Notes under the pieces: model-generated
Databases searched by the model: none
Told to the model about the DNA's origin: nothing
The model's input: the letters and a program-made list of their open reading frames with translations, nothing else
In this document: piece by piece, positions 17,524-27,612 of the stretch
Numbering within the stretch: the stretch's first letter is position 1
Layout of the letters: each line of letters starts with the position of its first letter
DNA from: Ylistrum balloti
Lineage: Eukaryota
Assembly: GCF_031769215.1 (NCBI RefSeq)
Contig: NW_026782399.1
Coordinates: 1-64,000, forward strand
DNA length: 64,000 bases
Direction: 5' to 3'
Made by a program: the position numbers and the translations under genes

Positions 17524-18369
17524 TTGGAAACAAGATTTTCCTTTCATGATGAAAGAAATTTTGGTAGTCATCCCATTGAATATAAATTTGGAAACAAAAA
17601 CAAAAATTCTTTTCAATCATTCGTTCAATTAATTTTGTCTACTTTTAAGTATTATCGAGGCATGCCATTTGAGTATATTTTTGGGAAGGCTTCATTTCTC
17701 GAAGACGAATTTATAGTGAACCGGCATACTCTTATTCCCCGTCCTGAAACGGAGGAATTAGTTTCTAAAGTCATTACAGATCCTTATTTTACTTACCTTC
17801 TTGAACGTTCAAATAAAAAAAATATAAAAATTCTTGATATTGGAACAGGTTGTGGAGTGATCGGAATTACTTTGAAAAAATACTTTTCTAATGCCGATAT
17901 AACAGGGGTGGATATTTCTAGTTCAGCTCTTCGAGTAGCAAAAAGAAATCATCAAAGAATTCTTCCTAAATCTATCAAGAATGGAATAAGGTGGATAAAT
18001 GCAGATGTTTTTTCAGGGGAAGTTTCCAAAAAGTTGAATGAAGAAAGGTTCGATTTAATTGTTTCCAATCCTCCCTACATTGGTTGGGAAGAAAAAAAAG
18101 ATTTATCTTCTTCAGTTGTCGACTATGAACCTTCCATCGCTTTATTTGCAGGATGGGATGGATTGGATTTTTACAGGAATTTGTCCTATCATCTTGATGG
18201 GTGGCTTGAGAAGGAGGGAATGGTTTATTTAGAATTGGGCTGGAAGCAAGGAGAGAAGGTAAAAAGACTTTTCCCTTTTCTCAAAGGAGAACTACAAGAA
18301 GACATCTTCGGGAAAACTCGTTTTTTCCGTGGGCTTTGTAAAAATAACAATTTTAAAGATAAAAAATAA
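17524..18369 (+). CDS. prmC: Release factor glutamine methyltransferase
   Basis: LIPRPETEEL, LDIGTGCG, SNPPY, ALFAGWDGL. Confidence 0.92.
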   Translation: METRFSFHDERNFGSHPIEYKFGNKNKNSFQSFVQLILSTFKYYRGMPFEYIFGKASFLEDEFIVNRHTLIPRPETEELVSKVITDPYFTYLLERSNKKNIKILDIGTGCGVIGITLKKYFSNADITGVDISSSALRVAKRNHQRILPKSIKNGIRWINADVFSGEVSKKLNEERFDLIVSNPPYIGWEEKKDLSSSVVDYEPSIALFAGWDGLDFYRNLSYHLDGWLEKEGMVYLELGWKQGEKVKRLFPFLKGELQEDIFGKTRFFRGLCKNNNFKDKK

Positions 18370-18585
18370 AAAATTTTAGTTGTAATCAGAAAAATTCCAA
18401 ATAATCTTTTTTTCCAAACTCTCTTCGTCAAATACTTAAAATTCCATTAATTCCTAATACGCAGATATTCACTGCTAATCAAAATAAAAAATTTATGGGA
18501 ATTCGATGATCACTGTCTCTAAAGTTGTGAACTTTCTTAGCTGATTCTTTGAATTGAATAAAAATCAAAACTAATTTTTCTAACT

Positions 18586-19659
18586 TTGAATTTCGATATT
18601 ATAGAGATGGTGAATCATACTGAATTGAATGAAGTAGCTGAAAACGAAGAAGTTTTGCAGGAAGAGGATCAAAATTTAAGACAGGAATCTTATTACTATA
18701 TTAAGGTTAAATACGGAAATTCAAAAGGTAGAATGAAAGCCTTCCAGATTTTTTTATGTGGACTTTTAGGTATAGAGATAAATAGAAATTTTAGTTCCGA
18801 TTTATTTGAAGTTACCTTCCTTAATCAACCTAAGATTATTTTTTCGAACTTTGAAATTGTTTTTGAAAAATTTAATGTCAATATGGGATTTCAAGAATTT
18901 TTAGGTGAACTGGAAAAACTTTATCTCACTACTGTTAAGAATCATTTTTTTGTCTACAATAACTTTATTAAGCGAATGAAGAAAGAATTTTATAACAAAA
19001 AATTTGAATTTAAAAAAAACTTATCACACCAAAAAATTTTAGAAATGCTTTATGAGCGTATTAATTTTTTTTTTGAAACTCAATGGAACCTTAAAGATGC
19101 TGAATTAGAAATGAAGTCAGAGAAGGTTAGTAAAGATAAATTTTTTAATTTTAAGGGAAATACTATGGATGAAATCAATAAAGAAAAAGAAACCAATGAA
19201 GACAAAGAAATCAATGATGAGTCAGAAGAAGAAACTATTCAATGGAATTTAGATCCAGAGGTAGGTGTTAAAACATACCTTCCTGTCATTGATCCTGTTC
19301 ATGGAAGGGTGGCTACTGATTTAAAAAAAAATGACAAGATCTATGTTTCTCTTAATAAAGATAATGAAAAATCAATTTATCCTTACCGTTACTCTGATGT
19401 GAAGTTAGGAAAAATTATAGATATTAAAAGAAATGAGAAAGGTATTTTACACTTTTTAGTTGAATTGGATTCAGGTAAATTTGGAGATGTTGAAGTTGAT
19501 GATGAATTTTTTAAAATTAAGAAATACCTTAATGGAGAAGCAACAATTAAACGGGAAAAGAGGAAAAACATACAAGTGATTCTTGATTTTTGTTTAGTGT
19601 TTTTTTCTATCATGATGATTTACTCTTTTCTGTTTGTCTCTATCTCTTTTATTTTTTAA
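18586..19659 (+). CDS. Hypothetical protein with C-terminal TM anchor (tentatively DUF4899-like)
   Basis: 357-aa ORF; LPVIDPVHG...LKKNDKIYV segment recalls DUF4899; unverified. Confidence 0.5.
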   Translation: MNFDIIEMVNHTELNEVAENEEVLQEEDQNLRQESYYYIKVKYGNSKGRMKAFQIFLCGLLGIEINRNFSSDLFEVTFLNQPKIIFSNFEIVFEKFNVNMGFQEFLGELEKLYLTTVKNHFFVYNNFIKRMKKEFYNKKFEFKKNLSHQKILEMLYERINFFFETQWNLKDAELEMKSEKVSKDKFFNFKGNTMDEINKEKETNEDKEINDESEEETIQWNLDPEVGVKTYLPVIDPVHGRVATDLKKNDKIYVSLNKDNEKSIYPYRYSDVKLGKIIDIKRNEKGILHFLVELDSGKFGDVEVDDEFFKIKKYLNGEATIKREKRKNIQVILDFCLVFFSIMMIYSFLFVSISFIF

Positions 19660-19665
19660 TTAATA

Positions 19666-22398
19666 GTGAGGAAAACAATTCTTATTGATTGCTATGGTCT
19701 TTTTTATAGGTCCTATTATGCCTTTATAAAAAATCCCCTTGTAAACAGTAAGGGCGAAGAAACCTCTGTTATTTTCTCTTTTTTTAATTCACTACACAAG
19801 GTGATTAAGGAACGGGAGCACGATCATCTTGTTTGTGTTTTGGATTCCAAAGGCAAAACATTTCGTCATGAAATCTTCAAAGAGTATAAGGCTCATCGTC
19901 CACCTATGCCGAATAGTCTTTCAAAGCAGATAAAAGTTATCGTTCAAGTGCTTGATTTCTTGGGCATTCCAGTTGTTTCAAAAACCTCTTTGGAAGCTGA
20001 TGATCTCATTGCTCATTACTCGAGACAATCACAAGAAGAAGTAGAAATTTTCTCTCACGATAAGGACTTGATGCAACTAGTCAATGAAAGAGTCCGTGTT
20101 GTTCAATTAGATCGCCAAAACCAACAGTATGTGATTTTTGATCAAGAGAGAGTCGAAAAAAAATTCCAGACACCACCCAACCATCTTGTTGACTACTTAT
20201 CCTTGATGGGGGACAGTAGCGATAATATTCCCGGTGTAAAGGGAGTGGGTGAGAAAACCGCTGTCATGCTCATCAATGAATTTGGCGATCTTGATTCCAT
20301 CTATAAAAATTTAGATAAGATTCCAGAGAAACATAGGAAAAAGTTGATTCAGGATAAGAACTCAGCATTCATTTCTAGGGAATTAGTTTGCTTGAAAGAG
20401 CAATTAAATCGCCTTGACAAGTCTTTCATCGAAGATCTTCCTTCACTTAATGATCTCACTTATCAGTCTTGTCAAGCTGAAAAAATAAAAGACATTTGGG
20501 AACTACATGAATGCACTTCCTTGATTAAAAAGTATTCACTCCTCCCACCATTTGAAAAAATTGAAGGGAAAACCATCCTTGAGATTTTGAAAGGTATCTC
20601 ACCAACTGAAATTACAGAAGATAAAAATCACCTGAAGAGGTTCACTAGACACACCCTGCATCATGAAGAGTGGGGGGATCTTGTTGAAACAATAAAATTA
20701 CAAGGACAATTCGTCTTCGATTTGGAAACAACATCTTTAGTTCCTTTCGATGCTAAGGTGGTGTCGGCTGTTATTGTATTGCCAAATCAACACAGTTATT
20801 ACATTCCAGTTGTGACCCATAAACTAGACTTAGAAATGAAGTGGATCGAAACTTTTAAAAAAGTGCTTGGAAGCAATGAGATAAAAAAAATTGGACATAA
20901 TCTTAAATTTGAATATTCTATCTTAAAAGAAAAGGGAATTGAACTTAACGGAATCGAGCATGACACAATGATTCATGCTTACATGACTGAGCCAGACCTC
21001 AATGCATTCAAGTTAGAAGACCTGATTCAAAGTCATTTTGGGGTGAGTAAGCCTAGCTACAAAGAGATGAGTAAGGGGTATGAAAGCATCCTTGATATTC
21101 CAAAGGACCTATTGGAGGATTACACTTTTCAAGATGGGGAGTACACGACTTTACTTTATGAAATTCAAGTAAAAGGAAAGGCACTTAATGATAAGGAGTT
21201 GGACATTTACAAAAACTGGGAATTGCCTCTTCTTGTGGTACTTGCCAATATGGAATTTGAAGGAGTTGTTATTGACACGAACTATTTAAAAAATTTAGAA
21301 AAAATTCTCCAAACAAGTTTGTCGATTACTGAAAAAGAAATTATCGAATTAGCTGGCGAGGATTTTAATATTAATTCGACTAAGCAACTTCAAACTATTC
21401 TTTTTGAAAAATTGTCAATTAATCCTGTTAAGAAAACAAAAACCGGCTATTCCACGGATAACTATGTTTTAGAGAGATTAAAAAAGAATTATCCGATTGC
21501 TGAATCTTTATTGCAACACCGCAAGACAGCTAAACTTCTCAATACTTATGTGGAGGCACTTCCCAAATTAGTTCATCCTCGTACAGGTCGTATTCATACT
21601 CATTATAATCAATCCGTTACGGCTACAGGTCGGCTGAGTTCCACTTCTCCTAACTTGCAAAACATTCCAGTTAGTGAGGGAAGCCAGGGCATCCGTCGTG
21701 CTTTCGTGGTTGATTCGGGTTACGAAATTGTATCCATTGACTATTCCCAAGTAGAATTAAGGATTGTGGGTTTTTTATCTAAGGATGCCAAACTTCTAGA
21801 AGCCTATGAAAGTAATCGGGACATTCACACTCAAACCGCTCACCTATTATTTGGAAAGCCGATGGAGGATGTTCTCTCGGAGGAGAGAAAAATTGCCAAG
21901 ACGATTAATTTTTCAGTTATCTATGGCATATCGGCTTTCTCATTAGCAGAAGACTTGGGCATACCCCGTAACGATGCTCAAGTGTTTATTGACATATTTT
22001 TTTCAAATTACTCCAATGTGAAGAGTTATCAAGAAAAAATCCTTCACCAAGCTAGAACAAATGGTTGGGTGGAAACTTATTTCGGAAGGAAACGTTACAT
22101 CAAGGACATTAATTCTGAAAACATGATTGTAAAAAACCGTGCTGAGAGAATCGCCTTCAACACGGTCATTCAAGGGACTGCTTCCGATATCATTAAACGA
22201 GCAATGGTGAATGTTCAAAAAAAATTTGTAGGTTCACCGATCAAAATGGTCATGCAGGTGCATGATGAATTGGTTTTCTATGTGCCTACAGATTTAGTTA
22301 AAAAGACCGTCCCTCAACTTGAAAAATTATTAATTGATATTACACCTTTTGACGGAATATTAACCGTCAATACTACAATAGAGAAGCATTGGGGGTAG
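19666..22398 (+). CDS. polA: DNA polymerase I
   Basis: 5'-3' exonuclease (LMGDSSDNIPGVKGVG), 3'-5' exonuclease (FDLETT), polymerase (DYSQVELR, AKTINFSVIYG, QVHDEL). Confidence 0.97.
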   Translation: MRKTILIDCYGLFYRSYYAFIKNPLVNSKGEETSVIFSFFNSLHKVIKEREHDHLVCVLDSKGKTFRHEIFKEYKAHRPPMPNSLSKQIKVIVQVLDFLGIPVVSKTSLEADDLIAHYSRQSQEEVEIFSHDKDLMQLVNERVRVVQLDRQNQQYVIFDQERVEKKFQTPPNHLVDYLSLMGDSSDNIPGVKGVGEKTAVMLINEFGDLDSIYKNLDKIPEKHRKKLIQDKNSAFISRELVCLKEQLNRLDKSFIEDLPSLNDLTYQSCQAEKIKDIWELHECTSLIKKYSLLPPFEKIEGKTILEILKGISPTEITEDKNHLKRFTRHTLHHEEWGDLVETIKLQGQFVFDLETTSLVPFDAKVVSAVIVLPNQHSYYIPVVTHKLDLEMKWIETFKKVLGSNEIKKIGHNLKFEYSILKEKGIELNGIEHDTMIHAYMTEPDLNAFKLEDLIQSHFGVSKPSYKEMSKGYESILDIPKDLLEDYTFQDGEYTTLLYEIQVKGKALNDKELDIYKNWELPLLVVLANMEFEGVVIDTNYLKNLEKILQTSLSITEKEIIELAGEDFNINSTKQLQTILFEKLSINPVKKTKTGYSTDNYVLERLKKNYPIAESLLQHRKTAKLLNTYVEALPKLVHPRTGRIHTHYNQSVTATGRLSSTSPNLQNIPVSEGSQGIRRAFVVDSGYEIVSIDYSQVELRIVGFLSKDAKLLEAYESNRDIHTQTAHLLFGKPMEDVLSEERKIAKTINFSVIYGISAFSLAEDLGIPRNDAQVFIDIFFSNYSNVKSYQEKILHQARTNGWVETYFGRKRYIKDINSENMIVKNRAERIAFNTVIQGTASDIIKRAMVNVQKKFVGSPIKMVMQVHDELVFYVPTDLVKKTVPQLEKLLIDITPFDGILTVNTTIEKHWG

Positions 22399-22414
22399 TT
22401 CCATCATCTAGGAT

Positions 22415-23389
22415 TTAAAGATCCTGGATGATGGATTCTGTGAAATAACTGATAATCATATTCGCCCCTGCTCGCTTAATAGAAGTTAGCGATTCTTCTA
22501 CGATGGCTTTTTCATCAAACAATCCTTTTTCACAAGCAATTTTAATCATGGAATACTCACCCGAAACTTGGTAAGCAGCAATGGGACAATTAAAGCGGGT
22601 TTTAAGTCGTTGGAGAATGTCAAGGTAAGGGAGTGCTGGTTTCACCATTAGGATGTCTGCTCCTTCTTCTATATCTAATTGGACTTCATGCAAGGCTTCG
22701 TCGGAATTTGCCCCATTCATTTGATAGGTTTTGCGATCCCCAAAACTCGGGGTAGACTCTGCTGCTTCTCGAAAAGGTCCATAGAATGAAGAAGCGTATT
22801 TGACCGCATAGCTCATGATAGGTGTTTTAGTAAATCCATGATCGTCGAGCTCCTTGCGAATGGAAGCTACCATACCGTCCATCATGCCAGACGGTGCAAT
22901 CATGTCAGATCCATTTTGGGCATGAATGAGTGATTGTTTAGCTATAAGAGGAAGGGTTTCATCATTACCTACATCATCATTTATTATTAGTCCGCAATGT
23001 CCATGATCGGTGTATTCACAGAAGCAAATGTCGCTTATAACCAATAAAGAAGGAAATGTATTTTTGATTGCTTGAATGGTTTTAATCAAGAAGCTGTTTG
23101 GATTGCAACCTTCACTACCCCATTCATCTTTTTTTTCGGGAATTCCGAAAAGAATAATGGAATGCACCCCTTTGCGAACCCATTCTTTCAAGGTAAGAAG
23201 TGCTTGATCAGGGCTCCATTGATATTGTCCTGGCATGCTTTGGATTGGATGCTTAATGTGAGAACCTTCTTTAATAAACATCGGCATGATGAGATCACTT
23301 GGGTGAAGGCGGTTTTCTTGTACCATGTCCCTTATCACAGGATGGTAGCGAAGTCTTCTATGCCTTTTATTGAATTTCAATGGATTCAT
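22415..23389 (-). CDS. hemB: Porphobilinogen synthase (Zn-type)
   Basis: CFCEYTDHGHC, APSGMMDG, MVKPA, AYQVSGEY. Confidence 0.96.
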   Translation of the reverse strand: MNPLKFNKRHRRLRYHPVIRDMVQENRLHPSDLIMPMFIKEGSHIKHPIQSMPGQYQWSPDQALLTLKEWVRKGVHSIILFGIPEKKDEWGSEGCNPNSFLIKTIQAIKNTFPSLLVISDICFCEYTDHGHCGLIINDDVGNDETLPLIAKQSLIHAQNGSDMIAPSGMMDGMVASIRKELDDHGFTKTPIMSYAVKYASSFYGPFREAAESTPSFGDRKTYQMNGANSDEALHEVQLDIEEGADILMVKPALPYLDILQRLKTRFNCPIAAYQVSGEYSMIKIACEKGLFDEKAIVEESLTSIKRAGANMIISYFTESIIQDL

Positions 23390-24722
23390 GACTTAAAAAC
23401 TTTTCTGCTAATTGAATGGCGTAAAGGTGATCTTGAATGCCAGCTGTTTCTCGAATGCTATGCATGGCTAACATTGCACTTCCAATGTCAACAGTTGGTA
23501 TTCCTAATTGGCTACTCACCAGTGGTCCGATAGTTGAACCACATGGAATTTCTGCTTGCTGAACATACTCTTGATAAGGTAGCTGGTGGTTTAACATGAT
23601 TTGTTTGATGATCGCTGAGCTGCTTCCATCCGTTGCGTAACGTTGATTGGCATTGTATTTGATAACAAGCCCTTGATTCAAGATAGGCCGATGGTTCTCA
23701 TCATAAAGCGATTCAAAATTAGGATGAAAGCCATGTGCCATGTCTGCAGAGATCATAAAACTTTTAGCTAAGCAATCGTAAAAATATTTTTCACTTGAAG
23801 TTTGATTTTTATTTCTTGCTGATTGTGTCAATTGAAGTATTTCGATTAATGCTTGAGTTAGAAAATTGGAAAGAGCTCCTTGATAGGTTTGACTGCCAAC
23901 TTCTTCGTGATTAAAAAATACAACAGCGGGTATGATTGAATCTTGGGACTTAGTTTTCTTGGCATCCAGTTTGTTTTGTTGTTCGGCAACTTTTAAAAAT
24001 CCCTCTAACCCCGCATGCACCATTGCAAGGTTGTCTAGACGAGGAGAATTAATGAATTGCTTTTCTCGACCAAAAATTTTAGGTGGTTCAATATCGACCA
24101 AGAATAGGTCATGGGAAAGGATGTCTTTAGCCTTGCAACCGATGTGTTGAGAAAGGATTGAATTCAAACTTTCATTTCGATTCGAGAAAAGTGCATTGAG
24201 GTGGGTCGCTTTGTTAATAGAAAATTGTTTATTCACCTCTCGATTGAGATGAATGGCAGCATGCGGGATGACCATGAGGGGATCATTGATGAAAAGGAGT
24301 TTTTCTTCAATACCTTTTTGGTTTTTCTTATTATTTTTTTGAACATAGACTTTGCCAGCCATTCCTAAGGGACGGTCCAACCATGAGGAGAGAATGGCAC
24401 CTCCATACACTTCTGTTGAGATCATTTGATAGCCCTTCTTATTGATCTCACAAATAGGTTTTACGTGCAGACTGGGTGAATCGGTGTGAGCCCCCCATAT
24501 CCTAAAAGAAGGCGTGTTTTGAATTTTTATGCGAGGAAGGAGAAAAGCAATGATGCTACCGTTCTTGCTGATGAAATATCCTGCTTGATTTGGTTTTTTA
24601 TTGGTGTTTTCGTCAAGGCAGACAAATCCCCCTTTTTTTAGTCGCTTTATAACTTGATCAACCGTGTGGTAGGAAGTGGGGCTATGCTCAATGAACTGCA
24701 TCCAGCTTTCAATTTCAGTCAT
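23367..24722 (-). CDS. M18 family aminopeptidase
   Basis: GAHTDSP, WLDRPL, RLDNL, HEEVGS, SADMAH, CGSTIGP, MHSIRE. Confidence 0.93.
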   Translation of the reverse strand: MTEIESWMQFIEHSPTSYHTVDQVIKRLKKGGFVCLDENTNKKPNQAGYFISKNGSIIAFLLPRIKIQNTPSFRIWGAHTDSPSLHVKPICEINKKGYQMISTEVYGGAILSSWLDRPLGMAGKVYVQKNNKKNQKGIEEKLLFINDPLMVIPHAAIHLNREVNKQFSINKATHLNALFSNRNESLNSILSQHIGCKAKDILSHDLFLVDIEPPKIFGREKQFINSPRLDNLAMVHAGLEGFLKVAEQQNKLDAKKTKSQDSIIPAVVFFNHEEVGSQTYQGALSNFLTQALIEILQLTQSARNKNQTSSEKYFYDCLAKSFMISADMAHGFHPNFESLYDENHRPILNQGLVIKYNANQRYATDGSSSAIIKQIMLNHQLPYQEYVQQAEIPCGSTIGPLVSSQLGIPTVDIGSAMLAMHSIRETAGIQDHLYAIQLAEKFLSHESIEIQ

Positions 24723-24725
24723 CGC

Positions 24726-25547
24726 TTAGTTTTTTACAAGATGTTGAAAAGAATTTTTAAAGGAGAATTGTGGAGCGGCGAATAGACCCTGTTCAAGTTG
24801 AAAATGGTTATTAGGGTAGGTGAGCTCATTCCCAAACATATCACCGATCACTCCTCCAGCTTCTTGGAGTAGGAGTTGGACGGGAAGGACATCCCAAATT
24901 TTTAAATAGCTATTGGTGTTCAAGTAGTAATGGGCTTTTTTTTCGGCAATTGAACCGATTTTAAGTCCAATGCTTCCCTTAATTTGGTAATCATGAATCG
25001 CTTGCGACTCGAACCATTCGACTTCTCGACGATACTTTTTCATACTGCTAATTAAAAAAATTCGGTTTTCTATAGGGGTAGCTTTGTCCACATGAATTCT
25101 ATTTTGTTCAAACACCTTTTCATTAGGAATCGCTTTAAAATCCTTTTTGAAAAAAAGGTATGCTCCTTCCCCCTGTGCTGCAAAATAACCTTTCCCATAG
25201 GCAGGAGCATAGATGAAACTCAATAAGGGAACTTTGTTTTTCACGAGGGCTAACATAATAACGAAATCCTTCTCCTGCTTTAAAAAGTGCGATGTGCCGT
25301 CAATGGGGTCAACGATCCAAGTCGCTTCCTCTGATAGGAATTGGTGGGGGTTTTCTTCGCTAATGATGAGATGGGAGTATTCTTTTTTTAGAAAGTCATG
25401 GATTTTTTTTTCACAAAAAAGATCCGCTTCACTCACCTTGGTGCCGTCTTTCTTATTGCTAATGTGGAGGTCTTTTTTTTGAAGTTGAAGGATGTCCTCA
25501 CCCAAATCGATTAAGAAAGATTGGATTTGGCTTAATTGATATTCCAT
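24726..25547 (-). CDS. Inositol monophosphatase / CysQ family phosphatase
   Basis: ISEE, WIVDPIDGT, WDV motifs. Confidence 0.85.
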   Translation of the reverse strand: MEYQLSQIQSFLIDLGEDILQLQKKDLHISNKKDGTKVSEADLFCEKKIHDFLKKEYSHLIISEENPHQFLSEEATWIVDPIDGTSHFLKQEKDFVIMLALVKNKVPLLSFIYAPAYGKGYFAAQGEGAYLFFKKDFKAIPNEKVFEQNRIHVDKATPIENRIFLISSMKKYRREVEWFESQAIHDYQIKGSIGLKIGSIAEKKAHYYLNTNSYLKIWDVLPVQLLLQEAGGVIGDMFGNELTYPNNHFQLEQGLFAAPQFSFKNSFQHLVKN

Positions 25548-25553
25548 AAAATG

Positions 25554-25627
25554 CGCGTCCGGTAGGATTTGAACCCACGACCCTCTGATCCGAAGTCAGA
25601 TGCTCTAATCCGCTGAGCTACGAACGC
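25554..25627 (-). tRNA. tRNA-Arg (anticodon UCG), CCA not encoded
   Basis: Reverse complement GCGTTCG...TCTGA-CTTCGGA-TCAGA...GGTTCAAATCC...CGGACGC-G; acceptor, anticodon and T stems pair. Confidence 0.95.
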
Positions 25628-25689
25628 TTTTTTAAATTATATCATTAGTTGGAATTTTTAAAAGTGTTAATGAGGTGTGTGAAAGTGAT

Positions 25690-27414
25690 CTACTGATGAA
25701 CTTCTAAACACTCCTCACCAAGCATGTCAATAATTTTTATAGCAACTTTTCCTTTAACTTCTATTTTATATTCACCTTTAATTAAATCTTTTTTCTTTTT
25801 TGGCACATCACTATAAACAATGTTAAAAACTTTTCCATTATAATTATTATCTATTAAAACACAATCAATCATACTTCTAAAATCTTTTATCTCTTCTTTT
25901 AATAAACCTTTTTCATTTGACAATCTTTTTAGAATTGTAGGACTTGCAAAATTATTTATTTTAATAGTATTGTTTTTCAATTCCACTTGAGCTTTACAAG
26001 GTTCGTGGATCATAAATTCTTTATCTTCTAAATTGATAACTTCAAATTTATTGATACTCGATTTTTTATTCCACTCTTCAATTTCTTTTTTAGTATCTTC
26101 TCTTTGTCCTAAACAAATAATTTTTATATTCCTATCTTCTTCAGGTCTTTTTTTCAATTCTTCTTTAATATCTGTTATATCAAATAAAGATAATGGATGA
26201 TTTATTTCAATTATTTTAACTAAACTATTTCCTATCTTCCCTTCAAAAAAATCATCATTTAATTTTTCCACTCCAAGTTTTTCAAAAGCCAGTTCAATAG
26301 CTTCAGTTCTTAAAATTTGTAAATCATAATCATTAACTTTGAAATGAGAAAATCTATTACAAAAATTTTTCTCCTTGATTAAATCCTTTTCCTGCTCTTT
26401 AATGATTTTTTGAATTCTTTTAGCAGTGGTTTGAATAGCACCTTTATTTATATCTGCCCCAATCCATTTTCTACCTAATTTTTGAGCAACTGCTTGGGTC
26501 GTTCCACTTCCCATAAAACAATCAAAAATGATTGAATCTTCATTAGAAGATGCTTTGATAATTCTTTCTAATAATGCTTCTGGTTTTTGGGTGGGGTAGT
26601 CTAAAATTTGATTGTGTGCATATCCAATAGTTGCCACATCACTCCACCAGTCCTCTAACAATTTACCCCTATTCTCAATCAATTTCACTTTCTCTTAAAA
26701 ACTGATATTGCCTGTAAATGAACTACTTCCTGATACTGATGTTGATTTTTTATATTTTTTTCTTAAATTTTCTGTATCAAAAATGTGTTCTTTAGTTTTT
26801 GAATATAGTAATATATTGTCATGTTTTCTTGGAAAATTTCTATTTTTTGTGACCACCACTATAACACCATACAATTTCATTTCCAAAATTCTCTTCTCCA
26901 AAAACTTCATCTAATAAACATCGTAAATGATGAGATTTATGCCAATCACAATGCAAGTAAATGCTTCCTTTATCACTTAACAATTCTTTTAGTAAAATTA
27001 ATCTTTCATACATAAATTGTAAATAGTCATCATTTTTCCATATATCAAAATATTGTTTTTGTTCTAATTTGTTATGTCCTTCTCCCTCTAATTTTTCATT
27101 ATTTTCATCCCCTCGTAATTCTACTTTTCTAATATAATCTGCTTTACTATCAAAGGGAGGGTCAATATAGATGAGGTCTATTTTTCCTCTAAATCCATTA
27201 TTTAATAGATTTGTTAATACTTCAATATTATCTCCATGAAATAATAAATTACTCCAATATTTTTCTAAATCATTGAAATTTAATTTTATTTCTTTTTTAT
27301 CATTGTTAAAAGTTCTACCAATTGTGCTGGATAATTTTCTTCAATATTGATTGTTTTTTTCCCAATCCAGTTAAGCATAGGTCTTCCTTTAACTTCATTT
27401 ATTTTTTCACTCAT
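25690..27414 (-). pseudogene. mod: Type III RM DNA methyltransferase (Mod), three lesions
   Basis: ATG 27414 (MSEKINEVKGRPMLNWIG); frameshift near 27313; next frame has HGDN and IYIDPPF; frameshift near 26850 (WCYSGG / TKNRNFPRKHD); in-frame TAA 26695-26697; then [14 protein letters not shown] and DCFMGSGTT to 25690. Confidence 0.85.
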
Positions 27415-27480
27415 TTTAAAACCTCATATTTATAAATTGTTTATCTCCATAACTATGTTTGAATTCTCATTTAATAATAA
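27411..27480. repeat. Degenerate second copy of the res 3' end (direct repeat with 28727..28798)
   Basis: TCATTTTAAAACCTCAT..AAATTGTTTATCT(T)CCATAACTATGTTTGAATTCTCA is present at both positions. Confidence 0.88.
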
Positions 27481-27498
27481 AAACAATGCTAAAACGTA

Positions 27499-27608
27499 TC
27501 GAAATTTTGTCATTTTTTCGACATATCACCAATAATATGTCGAAATTTTGTCATTTTTTCGACATATCACCAATAATATGTCGAAATTTTGTCATTTTTT
27601 CGACATAT
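27499..27608. repeat. 41-bp tandem repeat (2.7 identical copies) built of 11-bp inverted arms
   Basis: Unit TCGAAATTTTGTCATTTTTTCGACATATCACCAATAATATG starts at 27499, 27540 and 27581; arms ATATGTCGAAA / TTTCGACATAT. Confidence 0.92.
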
Positions 27609-27612
27609 AATT

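Noticed and set aside
25690-27414. Phase-variable mod (phasevarion)
   Set aside because: Three independent lesions including a nonsense codon, and no long simple-sequence repeat; one slip cannot restore the frame.
27499-27608. CRISPR mini-array
   Set aside because: Spacers are 8 nt and identical; no cas genes or leader.
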